A DNA stretch of 64,000 bases from Camelus ferus (Eukaryota): assembly GCF_009834535.1 (NCBI RefSeq), contig NC_045697.1, positions 93,250,001-93,314,000 on the forward strand, read 5' to 3'. Positions 39,651 to 52,293 of this stretch are shown one piece after another. Each line of letters starts with the position of its first letter. The stretch's first letter is position 1. A model generated the notes under the pieces. It saw nothing but the letters and a program-made list of their open reading frames with translations, was not told where the DNA came from and did no database searches. The position numbers and the translations under genes were made by a program.

Positions 39651-40926
39651 CTCTCCATGGCAATAGTTTGTGTTTAAATTGCTTTGACTTAATTTTCTCT
39701 GAAATAAGAACAATAGCTCTTTTTTACTGTTTAATGAGACAAATATTCTACAAATTATTCAGATTTTGATTCTCTAGTATCCTTGAATAGAAGCTAAACC
39801 CAGTCTCTCAATTCCTATTTCATATTCATTCATTCACTCATGTATTCAATAAAATTTGATAACTTGTTTGTTGAGTCTTAATACTCAGCTCTATTCATTT
39901 TATCTTGAATATGTACACAAGTATTCTCAGTCAGACACATTTCTTAATAATGTGTTTTGGCTGCCCCTTGCTCTAGACTGTACCCCTGGGAAAAAGTGTT
40001 GAGACTCAGGTCAACTGTCCTAGTGAGTAGCCAGATTTTCCATAGACAAGAAATAATGACAACATGTTTTTATCTTTGCTTATAAAGGGGAGAAGGCAGC
40101 TGTCCTCCTAACTTCCTGAAACAATCTCTCCTTGTGCCAGTCTTTTGTAAATAAAGTAAATCTCTCCAGAAGCTTGATGGCCCCACTTGTGAAGGCTTTT
40201 ATGATAAATAGTTGACTTCAAATTCTAGAGTTTCAACTTTTGATATGTAAATACACAGAAAGAGATAAAGCTCTAGACTTCCTAATACCCTGTGGCTTTA
40301 TTTGGGGACCTAGTAACTGAAGATTAAGTAATCTTAAGAATAATTGTAACAATGTCTTGACCCTATTTAGAAGGTAAGGGAAGTTTTATTGCTTTTAGAT
40401 CAGAGCAATTAACTAGACAAATGGCTACAGACCTAATTCTCATGGTATGTGTGTAGTTCCAAGAGGTTAGGGCTTTTGACAGGAGCATAGAGAAATCCAG
40501 GAAAGTTTTATTGTTCCACACTGTAGTTTGTAAGGCATAGTATCAGGTGGATGTGGGAATTTAAAATAGTAATATTTCAAAAATATATTTTTAAGTTATC
40601 TTAATCCTATGGCTTTGCAAAACCTTTTAAAAGTATCAAAACATTTATCCCACACATCTTCAGTAATATTTTTCCCAAATAGTCTAGCCAATTTTGAGTT
40701 TTCATTACAACCTGCACTTAGACATTAATATCTAGCTTCTACAAACCCTTCTCTAGGTAGCTTGATTTAATTAGTACATTTGGAAATTTTTATAAACTTA
40801 TGAAATAATTATATTTTTATCAATGTATCATTATCTTATTATCTAGATTAATGTGATTTGTTTACCTAATAATTATTTGCTAATATTTTGATACTTTGCC
40901 AAAGCACTTGACATACACATCAGGTA

Positions 40927-41323
40927 TGTTGAAAAGAAATAACAATCCCAAAATGTAGTCATTTGCTCCCAAGACAGCAAACCAAGACATTTTCAGTTTC
41001 AACCTCTCCCAAGAACGTGACCTTTAAACAGACAATCTTCAATTTCCTGATCAGCACTAGTAATGTAATCTTCATACCAAGACACCTGAAGTTCCTTCCC
41101 CACTTTTTGTCCCCCAAAAAGATGACTTGGCCTGAAACAATTTTTTTTCTCTTGCTAATAACTTACTTGCCTCACCCTCCTTCTACTTGTAAAAAGCTTT
41201 CAGTTTGTACTACTCCTTGGAGTGCCCTTCCATTGACTAGAAGGGATGATGCCTGATTCACGAAGCACTGAACAAAGCTAGTTAGATCTTCAAATTTACT
41301 CAGTCGAATTTCATTTTTTAACA
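40927..41323 (+). mobile_element. MER34-like ERV1 solo LTR
   Basis: TGTTGAAAA...AGATCTTCAAATTTACTCAGTCGAATTTCATTTTTTAACA; near-TSD GGTA/AGTA. Confidence 0.8.
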
Positions 41324-42969
41324 AGTATCTTAGTAAATAACTGAAAAAAATCTGACTGAAGACATTGCTGATGTCAACTCTTGTTTTGGAAAATAAAACC
41401 TGACAAATCATATAAAGGTAGATGAATTATTACTCAGACATCCACTTATGGTTTGGGTATACAATTTGACAGACCATGTGAAAAAAATGCCTCCAAGGGT
41501 CTTCACTTGAGGACATAAAAATCACTTCATTATTTTTTTAAAAGCTATTTTTAAGAACATCAACATCCTTTTAAAGTCATAGATTGGCAAGAACATCTGT
41601 TGATGTTTGTAAGCAAGTTTGTAATATTTAGGGATAGTTTGATTTACTTACTCTTAAATATTTAATATTTGGCATCAGCATTTGAAAACTAACAAATATA
41701 TTTTCCCATATATAGCCAAGGTTCTTCATCTCAAAACTCTTTTTACTTGCTGATTTCTCTTTTGTTCTGAAAAAAACAGGTTAATATTTCCAAAATGTAT
41801 TCCTTGTAAAACTTCAAACTGAAAAAAAAAATCCAAAGATCCAAAAATCCTTTTTGTTAATTTAAAAAAAATATATACACATAATATCTACCATGGCAAT
41901 AACTTAAAACTGTGCAAGCTAATGACTGAATGTTATGAATTCAATTCTTATGAAACCTCACCTCTAGAAACCAGCTAGATTTGTGTATGTTAAAAACAGA
42001 AAAATAGATGAAAAGATATTTGCTGCTCAATAAATCAAATGCTTGTGAATTAGCATCCATTCAGATGCCGTGAAAATTCTGTTAGATGGATGCGAAAATG
42101 TGAGTGAGTACTAGCACATGGCTGATACCTTCTTAATTGAATTCAGTTCCTCAGTGACTGACAGGCTAATGTCTAAACTACTAAAATAAAATACAATAAG
42201 TACTTTCATAGAGTTAGAGAATTGGCTTAAAAGACAATTTTCATTGGGAATTTCTATACTTATCTTCATAAAGAAAAAGAAAAATATTCCTTATTTAAGG
42301 TCCACTGCACTTGTTATATAGAAGAACTGGAAAGAAAAGACCAGGAAACATCAAGCTATATTACTAGGACCTTTTTTTTTTTTTTTTTTTTTAACATTTT
42401 GCTACCTAAAACAACATTAAAGCTCATAAATCCATACTTTTTTACCATGAATTATTTTTATTTGATCTACTTCCTAAAGTAAGCCATATGAGATACCTCA
42501 CCTGGAAATATGCCTTTAATAAGTATGGTTGCCTTTCCATTTACTACAGTCCCAACTTCTCTGCAGTACTGGAGGTATACAGATAAAAGCCCACATAATA
42601 ATTTTGAGAATATATGAGATTTTTCATATGCAATGGAATAAACTTCCAAGTGCAAAAGACTACAATTAAAGATAAAATATTATACACAGCAGTGAAAGAG
42701 GGGGAAAAAAGACTTTTTAGGTCAACAAAAGTTTTAAGAAATTACAACTCATAGACTTGCTGAAGAATCACTATTAAAAGAATAGTACAGGAAGAAGGAA
42801 ATGAAGGTAAAAAGGGAATTACGGAAAGCAAGTAGCAATGATAAATACAAGAACTGTTAAATGCCAAGGCAAATCTAACCATTGACTATTAGAAAACTAT
42901 ATACTACGACTATCACTAACAATAACAGTAACAACTCTTAAGGACAAAATATAGTTAAAGTACTGGGAA

Positions 42970-43075
42970 AGTATTGTGACTACAGTTATTAATACATATT
43001 GCATGCTAGAAATACATTGTAACTTTACTGTCATCACATTACAATGAATATGTATATTAAAACATCACCTTGTAC
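42970..43075 (+). mobile_element. L1MA-like 3' tail fragment
   Basis: GTGACTACAGTTATTAATA..TATATTAAAACATCACCTTGTACAC. Confidence 0.55.
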
Positions 43076-43800
43076 ACAGAGAAGAGAATGCTATGTGAGG
43101 ACAGAGGCAGAGATCTGAGTTATGCAGTCACAAACTAAAGAATGCCTAAAGAATGCCTGGAGCCACCTAAAGCTAGAAGAAGCAAAGGAAGATTCTCCTC
43201 AAGAACCTTTGGAAGAATCATGACCTACCTACACCTACAGTCCCTTCCAGTGGACTTCAGACCTCTGGAACTGAGAGAGAATATATCTCTCACTTTAAGC
43301 CAAAAAAGTTGGTGGTAATTTTGTGAAGGAAAAGCTGGGCTGGTCTAACAAGATAACTCACAGGTCTAGGAATGTGAAGGAGAGGCTGGGCTGGGCTAAC
43401 AAGTCTAAGTATTGGAATACTGATCTGAGTTCTGCTAGACTAACTTGTAAATCTAGGTTAATTAGTGTTGGTTTGCTGTTTATGTGTTTTTGCTAGCCAG
43501 CTGGGTTTTCAAAGATACGTATCTGGCTTTGGAATGTTGGTTTGCTGCCTCCCCGCCTCCACTTTTGTGATGATAATGCTGCTAAAGCTGTTCCATGCCT
43601 ATTGGCCGAATACCCCAAGCTTGTACTTTACCCTATAAAACCTCATGTGCACATCTTGAAGGTGCTCAGAGCTTCGGAGCAGAAGCCCCTCTGAGCCCAC
43701 CGGCGTAATACATCTGAGTACTCCAACCCTCCGAGTGGTGCTTGTTTCTTGACTGGCCTGTCGTTTCCGTAACAATTTGTTAACAGTCTCAGCAAATTTA
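43076..43800 (+). mobile_element. MLT1C-like MaLR LTR 3' half, interrupted at 43322-43774
   Basis: ATGTGAGGACAGAGGCAGAGAT..GGAGCCACCTAAAGCTAGAAG..GAACTGAGAGAGAATA..TGGTAATTT|insert|GTTAACAG. Confidence 0.85.
43322..43774 (+). mobile_element. Young ERV1-type solo LTR
   Basis: TGTGAAGGAAA...TTTCCGTAACA inverted termini, perfect 4-bp TSD ATTT, reverse CCAAT (ATTGG, ~43601), TATAAAA (~43634), retained CpGs. Confidence 0.92.
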
Positions 43801-44189
43801 TTTACTGACACTGAGTAGATACTGAATAAAAATTGATTATAAACACTTAGTAATTGTGACAGTGTGCCAATGAATCAGAGATGAAGAATTTGACCACTGT
43901 AGCATAACATGGGAATCATAAATAGATGTAAGACTTTTGATATCTTGTGTTAATTTCACATCAACTAGGAAAATGAGTAACTTCAAAATATAGCAGTGTG
44001 TAGTACAGTTGGTTAACATACGAAAAAATTATAAACTGTATCCAAACATCACACTAACTTCAAATGTGAAAACCATGTTTTTCCCACTTTTAAAGAACAT
44101 GCAAAATATATTTTATTTGAGCAAATTGAGTAGTTCAAGTGATCACATTGATCATTCTACATTACCACTTAGTGCTTGAGAAGGTCTCC

Positions 44190-44830
44190 TCTGATTGTGA
44201 GGCGATGGGAAAACAGGAACTTTGATGTTTGTATGGTGGAAAGGTAAATTCACACCACTACTTTGGAAAGCTACTTGGCAATACCTAAAATGACTTAAGA
44301 TGCACACACTCAAAGTTCTGAAACCCCTCCTCAACATCAATCCTACAAAAACCCTAGCATATATGAACAAGGAGTCTACGAATATTAATTCCAGGACTGT
44401 ATTTAGCATTTAAAATAATTTTAACTGTCTTAAATATTTCTTAATATGTAAATGGTTTCTATTATTTATTTAATGAAATTCCATACACATATATAACAGA
44501 AATGGATATCCAACTATCATCACGAATGGATCTCAAAAATACTAACAGTAAGATTAAAAGTATGCTCCAAGTTATACACAAAATTATTATATTTATTTTA
44601 ATTTTGAAGATTTAACCAACATTATATGCCATATATAAATATTCCATACATATATTTTTAGGTAAAAGTATGGAAATATATATGAAAATGGTAAACATCA
44701 ATTTAGGATGGTAGCTATCTTTTGTAGAATTTCTTATAGTAAAATCTTATTTACAGTTTTGTAGCTGTATCAAAAGCTTCTTTCTACTTTTGGATATCTG
44801 AAATATTTTATAGTTAAAAGTTGAATATTT
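44190..44830 (+). mobile_element. L1ME-like fragment
   Basis: GGGAAAACAGGAAC..GGTGGAAAGGTAAATT..CTACTTTGGAAAGCTACTTGGCAATACCTA; GAATGGATCTCAAAAA. Confidence 0.7.
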
Positions 44831-45573
44831 TAATAACTATATTGATTTTTTGAAAAAGACAGATGATGAGGTATTTTGCTAAACATTAACCCATGACTGA
44901 AGTAATCGTCTATTCTAACTCTGTTAAAATTCAGTGGAAGGTCTTTGAAGGTTTATGAACAGAATTGGAATTTGTCATAACTCAGAGAATTGTGTTAGAT
45001 TAAGTGGAACAGATTAGAGGAAAGGAAATCAAAATCATTGGCATTTTGATATTTGAGGTGAGACATAATGGTACAGGAAAACTTCATGAAAAACAATGTA
45101 TAAAAGAGACATAAATGATTTACCAGTTGACTCAATGTATCTGATGGGATTGCTGGTGGTAACATTTGTTGAAACAAAGAAGACAGAGTAGCAGACCTGT
45201 TGGAATAAAAATTTGTTATGTTCTGCTTTTGAAATTTTGAAAGGAAATTTTCATTTTAAAATAAAATCTATACAACTACTTTATATGAATAAATACAAAG
45301 GTAAAGGAATGCAAAAAGAAAGAATAAAGGTAAATAAAGTTATTATGGAATTGTTAACATAAAAATGAGAGTTGAACTAGGTAAATATGTGTGGCTGATA
45401 AAAACAAAACAAAACAAAGCTACTTTTTGACTGTAAGAAATGCCTATTTCCTGACAGTCTTCTCTCTTCTTAAACTCTATGATTATTTCTGGAAATTACA
45501 GGTAACAAATTCTGTGACTCCACCCTACTCTAATTTTACAGAAATCACATCCTCACTCTTTCTCTCTACATCC

Positions 45574-45634
45574 TTCATGACTGTGGTTCTATTGATATGA
45601 CCCTGGTTCATGACTGTGGTTCTACTGATGTAAC
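45574..45634. repeat. Short tandem duplication, period 33
   Basis: TTCATGACTGTGGTTCTA(T/C)TGAT at 45574 and 45607. Confidence 0.9.
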
Positions 45635-46737
45635 TGTGCTTCCTGACATAGTTTTATTGAATATCCTAACACACAATTTCTTTTTATATCACACAAAATT
45701 AGGGGGATTTTTTTTTAATAGTTCATGTAATGGCAAACATAGAGTACAACTGAAATTAGGATTAGTTTATCCTAGCTTTTACTCTTTCTTAGAAGCTCTA
45801 ATATTTTCAATTAATATGTGAAAAAAATTTTCCTCACACATAGAAAATGATTTATTAAAAAAAACTGAAATGCTGCAAACATAAAGTAAGTATTTGATTT
45901 AGTGGATACAAAGCACCAAATTAAGTTCTATAATTAGGTAAATGATTCAATGTTGTAAAATTACTCACTTAAAAATAAATGCTTATTTTTAATCTCATTG
46001 AAAGAATTTGAAGAAAAAAATCCTATGGTAATATAACAAATAATTATACAAAGTACCTACTGCATATTTTCAGGGATTGTGGTAATGATTACTGCCTTCA
46101 AAATAATAACCATCTCCACTCTGCCTTAAATTCTATGACTAATATCTTATTTTAACTTAAGGAGTGTTCATGAGTTGGAAGTCTTTAGATGAATAAAGAC
46201 TTACAGATAAGGATTTTTTTTTTAATTTTAACATAACACTTTATACTTCAAAGAATTCAGAAAAAATTCCAATTTCTGGCTTTTCTGGGAAAAATAATCT
46301 GGCATTATGTGTCCTCAGTTTCCTACGGCAAGAAAAAAAATGTTAATAATGGGTATTCCTTTTAGATAGGACACATGCTGCCTGATTCACCAGTTTCTGC
46401 ACTGAAATAATTAAGGCATATCCATTATACCCTGTTCAGACTCTACCTTTCTACTTTAACTCACCTAGGAAATGGAGTTTAATAAATTACCCAGATTTAT
46501 AAATTTGTGAAATAAATATACCCCCCCAAATAGCAATACTTTAAAATTATCTTTAGTTCACAATGTAATGTAAAATAATTGGTTAGAATTGCCCCTGAAA
46601 GACAGAGTTTAATGGAAAAAAATAAGGAAGCTATGAGTATCAGAGTATGAAGGTTAGTAAAAAGTCAATTCTTTGGAGGAAAATGGATACAATAAAAATA
46701 CATATGTATGTTTTCTTTCCTCCCATTTGATATAGAA

Positions 46738-47294
46738 TTATGGTTATAAAATACAGCCTCAGAATTCTTCAACTTTCAATCCACTGAGAGATGAAGTCTA
46801 TTATCTCTGACCTTGAATCTGGGAGGATCTATGACTTCTTCTTTGATCAATACAACAGAAACAATGTTATGTAACTTTTGAGATCTGGTCAGGATAGACC
46901 ATGCAATTTCTGCTCAGTCCTCTCAGAATAGTCACTCTCAGGATGTCCTCTCTGTTGCCAGGCTGGAAACAACCTAAGCTACGTAGAGACACCTTGCATA
47001 AGGGTCCAGGTGACAGGCTTAGTTCATCCCTGGCTTCAAATGCTCAAGCCCAGGTGCCAGGTATGTGAATAAAGAAGCACTCTCACAGATGCACCTTCCC
47101 CCAGCTATTTGGGTCACTTCCAGGTATGGGTGTCTTTTCAGCTGACACCCTATCATGAGGAGTAGGTAAGAGCTATCCTCACTATGCCCTTTATGAATTC
47201 CTGACCTGCAGACTCTGTGACTATAATAGAAGTTTATTGTTTTATGCCAATATGTTTGAGGTGCTTTATTATGCAGCAAAACTACTGGAATACA
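46738..47294 (+). mobile_element. MLT1 (F/G/H-like) MaLR solo LTR
   Basis: CCTTGAATCTGGG..AATTCCTGACCTGCAGACTCTGTGA..TTGTTTTATGCCA..TATGCAGCAA..GGAATACA; 5-bp TSD TAGAA. Confidence 0.85.
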
Positions 47295-47753
47295 TAGAAA
47301 CTATTTTCTTTGTTTCCTACAAGTCTCTATGTAATCTGGCATCTGCTTACCTCTTCTATATTTCTTCCAATTGCCCTCTCACTCCTTATATTCAAACTAA
47401 TCAAGTTTTCTTTTAGGATGGACCAAAAAAAAAAAAAGTGTCTTTTAATACAATAGGTAAGTTGCATGGTTAATTGAAAAAAGGAATGCTATAGTCCCAA
47501 GATATTTTACAAAGCTGGGCCATCTAATTCTTTTAGTTTCAAATGTCGCTATCTTCAAACATCACTTGTTAGAACACATTTCCTTGACTACTTTTTCATG
47601 ACTTCTTCCTCTTCAGTTCATCACATTACTCTAGTAGCTGAAATATCACATTGCTCCTACCAGTCACTTAAAAATGTTTGCTATTGAATGAAAGGAACTC
47701 TGTATGTAATTTAATATAATCTTCAGACAATGTGTGACCTAAGTATCAATATT

Positions 47754-48230
47754 TGTTTCAGTTAGGACAAATTTGGCTATAAGTAACAAAGCTTGCAAAT
47801 AAAAGTAGTCAACATGCAAGAGGCTTATCCTCTTTTACCAAAAAAGTGGGTGAAGGCAGTCCACAACTGGGAGAAAAGCAGAAGCACAATGACACTGAAG
47901 ATTTGAGTTACATTATTATTAGCATGGTGTATAAGGTTGCATGATGCCTATAGCATCTTGATGCATGATGGCCACATTCTAGGCAATTAAAAGAGGAAAG
48001 GTTGAAGCAGCAAAGGACAAATGAACAACACATACAAATCAAGTGTGTACTGTTTTAAAGACTCTTGGAAACCTCACCTGTGAGATTTACTTATATATTG
48101 TCTGGATTAATAGCCACACCAGAAAGCATTGATATTTTAGCTTACCAGATAAAAAAATGAAGGCAAGAGAAAACATTTATGAATAGTTTTGCATAGCCTA
48201 TCACATAGCCTAACATCAGTGTCTGCCAAG
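47754..48230 (-). mobile_element. Old MLT1 (J/K-like) LTR, diverged
   Basis: TGTTTCAGTTAGGAC..TTGGCTATAAGTAACAAA ... CAGTGTCTGCCA. Confidence 0.5.
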
Positions 48231-48440
48231 ATCTTTTTTTTTTAATGTATCAGAAAATCATCACACAAAGTGGCTGGCTAATTAACTTCTTTTTTAAATT
48301 TTAAGTGAAAAAAAAAATGTGTGCATGTGTATATAAGACCAATCCATATGTGCAGACTGGACTGTAAAAGACTTTTTTTCTCTCTCTCATAGGTGTATCC
48401 CCTCTGAAGGCAGGCTTCACACAAAGGAAATTAATAATTA

Positions 48441-48441
<1 letters not shown>

Positions 48442-48487
<46 letters not shown>
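48442..48487. repeat. (TAA)n trinucleotide repeat at the tail of an antisense MIR
   Basis: Seen directly. Confidence 0.97.
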
Positions 48488-48489
48488 TA

Positions 48490-48680
48490 ATAGCCATGAT
48501 CTATTGAGTTTTTCTTATATAGCAATTTAATCTACCTCTCTACAGTCAATATTAATATCTCTACTTTTCAAATAAGGAAACTACAAATGAGAGAGGTTCA
48601 AAAACCTGCCCTTATTTCACACAGCTTATCAGCAACACAGATGAAATTGGATTCCGTATTTATGGAATTCCAAAGCCCCT
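48490..48680 (-). mobile_element. MIR
   Basis: CTACTTTTCAAATAAGGAAAC..GAGAGAGGTTCAAAAACCTGCCC..CACACAGCT. Confidence 0.65.
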
Positions 48681-49772
48681 ATTCTTATGCTTTATGCTCA
48701 ATGTGAACCTTGACTGAAGGGAAGAGATGCACAGCCACGGCTGACTGCAATCAGGGAAAACACCTGAGAAAACAGGCAAGCTACTGAAATATGTTCCAAA
48801 GTGAACAGCCCTGATTCCATGAGGAACAAACATTGCCAAGCAAGTGCAAATACTGCCAAAGAAGTTCCTTAAGAAATACCCACACAAATGTATACCCATT
48901 TCATAAAAAATGTCTTCATGGTATTTGCCATAAGAAACTGTACAGATAAGCCTTATATTTTCTGAAAAGTGAAATCCTGATGAGGCAAAGATTCCCTTTT
49001 TAAATATGCTTCTTTTATACATGCTTAAACATAGCTTAAAATATTAGTTGCCTTATAGCTGTTAATATGCTACTGTTCTTTCTGAATCTCCAAAAGGAAG
49101 CTTAAGTATATAAATTTCCCAAATTGATTTACATGTGAACATCACTTTCCCTTTTCATTCAATCTCAAGAAACTAGTGTCCCCAAGAAACACTATATGGG
49201 AGAATTGTTCTATGAGATCATTAATGACATGTTCTTGATTCTTCAACAGATATTCCTGAATTATAATACTTTACAGATTCTTAAAACACTGGTGCTTTGA
49301 AATATACATAGGCAGAATCCTTTCTAGCAGCAAAAAGTAAACACTTGGAGAGATTGAACTGCGGACCATGATCACAACTTTAAGTTGCTTCTCTAGATTT
49401 GCCAAGACCAACTTACCATAGAAAACATTCAATTATTAACTTGATGCCCATATCCTTGAATTTCCTTCAATATGTTTGTGGATTCTGATAAATAAGACAC
49501 TAATTCTAGGGACACAAGCTTTAATTCTGAGCCTTCTAAAGTAATATTCATGACCTCCTGTTACCCATAGAATTCAAAAGTCCAAAGTAAACTGTACTTA
49601 CTAGTTGAGGGTCGTGTAGGGAAATGTTTAAAACCTGAGGGAGCCTGAAGGGTCTATTATATGGCAAACTCTTTTGCAATTTGGTTGAAATTTTCATACA
49701 TGCCTCAATCATACCCTGAATTCTACTCTAAGTCCAGTATTCTTACCTCTTTCTTATTGTCTTTCTTATATT

Positions 49773-49830
49773 TATATTGTGTTTCTATATTTCCTAATAT
49801 TCCTATATTGTATTTCCATATTTCCTAATA
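49773..49830. repeat. Short tandem duplication, period 31
   Basis: TATATTGT(G/A)TTTC(T/C)ATATTTCCTAATA at 49773 and 49804 (25/27 identical). Confidence 0.85.
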
Positions 49831-50519
49831 GAATGCAGAATGAACCTTTAATGAATAAGCTAAATAATAATTGTATGAGCTTTTCATAATCATTTTTAAT
49901 AATGAAACAATTTTCACATTTTTTCCATGAGTTTATCAAGATTTTTTAAAATCTTTATAATTTAATGAAAGACAGAGATTTTTTTTAAATTTTTAAAAAT
50001 TCTCCATAATGACAAAAATCAGAGAAGTTTCTAGACATATGAATTGCTCTCTTAATATATAAACAGAATAAGCATCATTATTTAGAACACATCATTTTTC
50101 CAATCTGAATGATCATAGAGAGATAATTTTTTTTTTGTTTCCTTTTAATTGTTTCAAAAAAAGACATGCCAAAAATTATGTCTCTCACTGGGTGGCATAC
50201 ATAATAACTGAAAACAATTAAAAGCTAAATTAATTAAAATTTTCATTATTTTAATTTTTGTTAATTTTAATATGAGTGATAAAGATTAATCAACATAAAC
50301 TATTCCATAAAGCATATTATAGGGGAGATTGGATAATACAGAAATAGCAATTATACAAAGTAAAAAGTGATACAGTGATATGATAAGGAAAGTGCAGATA
50401 AAATATTATAAAAACCAAATAAAAAGAGAATGTTTCAAGTTGCAGGAAGTAGGGATATTTCTTTGGATGAGTTGACATTTAAACTAGTTTTTGGAAAGAC
50501 TCAAGATAACAGAAGACCA

Positions 50520-51540
50520 GGCAAAAGATACGAACAGCCTCTCTGGATTGGAGGGAATACAAATGGTGATAAACATATGAAACAATCCAAATACTGCTAA
50601 TAAGTGAATTAAAACATATGAAACAATCCAAATACAGCTAATAAGTGAATTAAAACAATTTTTCCTCCATTAGACTGACAAAAATAAAATGAGAATGTAG
50701 AGAAATGGGCAGGCTCAACTACGCTGGTATAAATGCATTACTGGGAGTTGTTTTAGAGTAAAATTCTTATATATTTTACAGTCTGTAAATAATATAAAGC
50801 TCTGCCTTTCTACTTTTGGAAATGCACTGTTGATAACTGTGCAAGAATATCAACTGCAGTATTGTGCTGCAATTAGAAAAACTCTAGATATTCATCAGTA
50901 TAAGAATGGCTAAACAAAAACAGTTTACTCATTATGCAGACTATAATGCCGCCATTGCAGCATAATGGTTAATGACATGACCTCTGAAAACAGAACCATC
51001 TGAATTTGAATCATTTGTTCCCTGTATTGACCTTGAGAAAAGTACTTAGTTTATCTTTTTTTCTCTTCTGTAAAATGGAGATAACAGTATTACCTATTTC
51101 ATTAGTTTGTCATGATTAAATGAAATAATCCAGATATGACACTTAATAGTCAATGGACAGAGAGCACCCAAATAAATTTGTCTAATATGATTAGTTTTAT
51201 TATTTTTAATCCTAATGTTATTCTCATGATAAAACTATTCAGGTATATTGTTGAATTGAAAAAAGTACATTTCAAATTGACCCATTTTGATACACTTGAT
51301 TTAAGGAAAGCATACTCACAAAAGTCAATTGTGCATATTTTCAATAGGTAAACGTACATGCATTTATAAATGCAATGAATATATCTGGGGAAAATACACA
51401 TCAAACTGAAAACAAAAGTCATCTCTGAAGAAGGGACTAGGTTTGGATAATATTCAAATGAGGCTTTAATTTTTTGAAATGTTTTCATTTTCTATAAGGA
51501 GTATGTATTATTTATGCAATTAAAAGAATTTATATATTAA
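50520..51540 (+). mobile_element. L1ME-like fragment interrupted by a MIR (about 50955-51190)
   Basis: GGCAAAAGATACGAACAG..ATACAAATGGTGATAAACATATGAAA; MIR: GCAGCATAATGGTTAA..TTTGAATC..GACCTTGAGAAAAGTACTTA..CTGTAAAATGGAGATAA. Confidence 0.7.
50571..50657. repeat. 41-bp tandem duplication
   Basis: 50571-50611 vs 50612-50652, 40/41 identical. Confidence 0.97.
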
Positions 51541-52254
51541 ATACTATGTGGCCGACTGGAACCTGTTAAATGGATGGAGATGTGCTGTACATGAGTAGTA
51601 AAGTACTCAGGTGGTGAGAAATCAAGGTATCCTGCAGATGCCTAGAATAGTAGTTTTTGAGGTAGCATAGTTCCTTAGGTTGAGATGATAATTATTGACA
51701 AATATTATTAGGTTATTTCTCAATGCAAAAAAGATATTAGTCTTTTAAAGCTTTCACTGTAAGTTATCTGCAAAACTATGCCACTGTTCTCATTCCAGTT
51801 CAATATTTTGGTTACAAGAAAGCATTCTTTCTCTCTTTATTTACTCTTCAGTGATCTAACACCAATAATACCAGCCCACAGAAACAAAACTCAAGTATAA
51901 CAAAAAGCACATTAAAGAGTCAAATATCACCGTGTAATAGACATAAAAACACCTTATTAACATTTTTATAACACTCTCAACCGAAATAAACAGACCACTC
52001 TCAATTTTAACATCTGGTTCCCAACAATTCTTATTTGGGTGATAACTTTTTTAAAAACAAATGCTGGGCATTTTTCATCAACTTTTTCATCAAGCAACAG
52101 CTGTTCCTTTAGAACAAAGTGTATGCATGTTGGAAGTGTTACTGATGCTCACTTCTGTTTTGTTTTGTGTGAAAAATCTTCACACTGGGTGCAATTCAGA
52201 AAGATAAATGACTTCAGATGTTTTGAATGGGTACTGTAGCACTAGTCTGAATGC

Positions 52255-52258
<4 letters not shown>

Positions 52259-52292
<34 letters not shown>
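52259..52292. repeat. (TG)17 microsatellite
   Basis: Seen directly. Confidence 0.97.

Positions 52293-52293
<1 letters not shown>

Noticed and set aside
48660..49022. 120-aa minus-strand ORF
   Set aside because: No recognisable domain or clear splice boundaries; length compatible with chance
50571..50657. CRISPR-like repeats
   Set aside because: Two adjacent units with no spacers, in mammalian DNA
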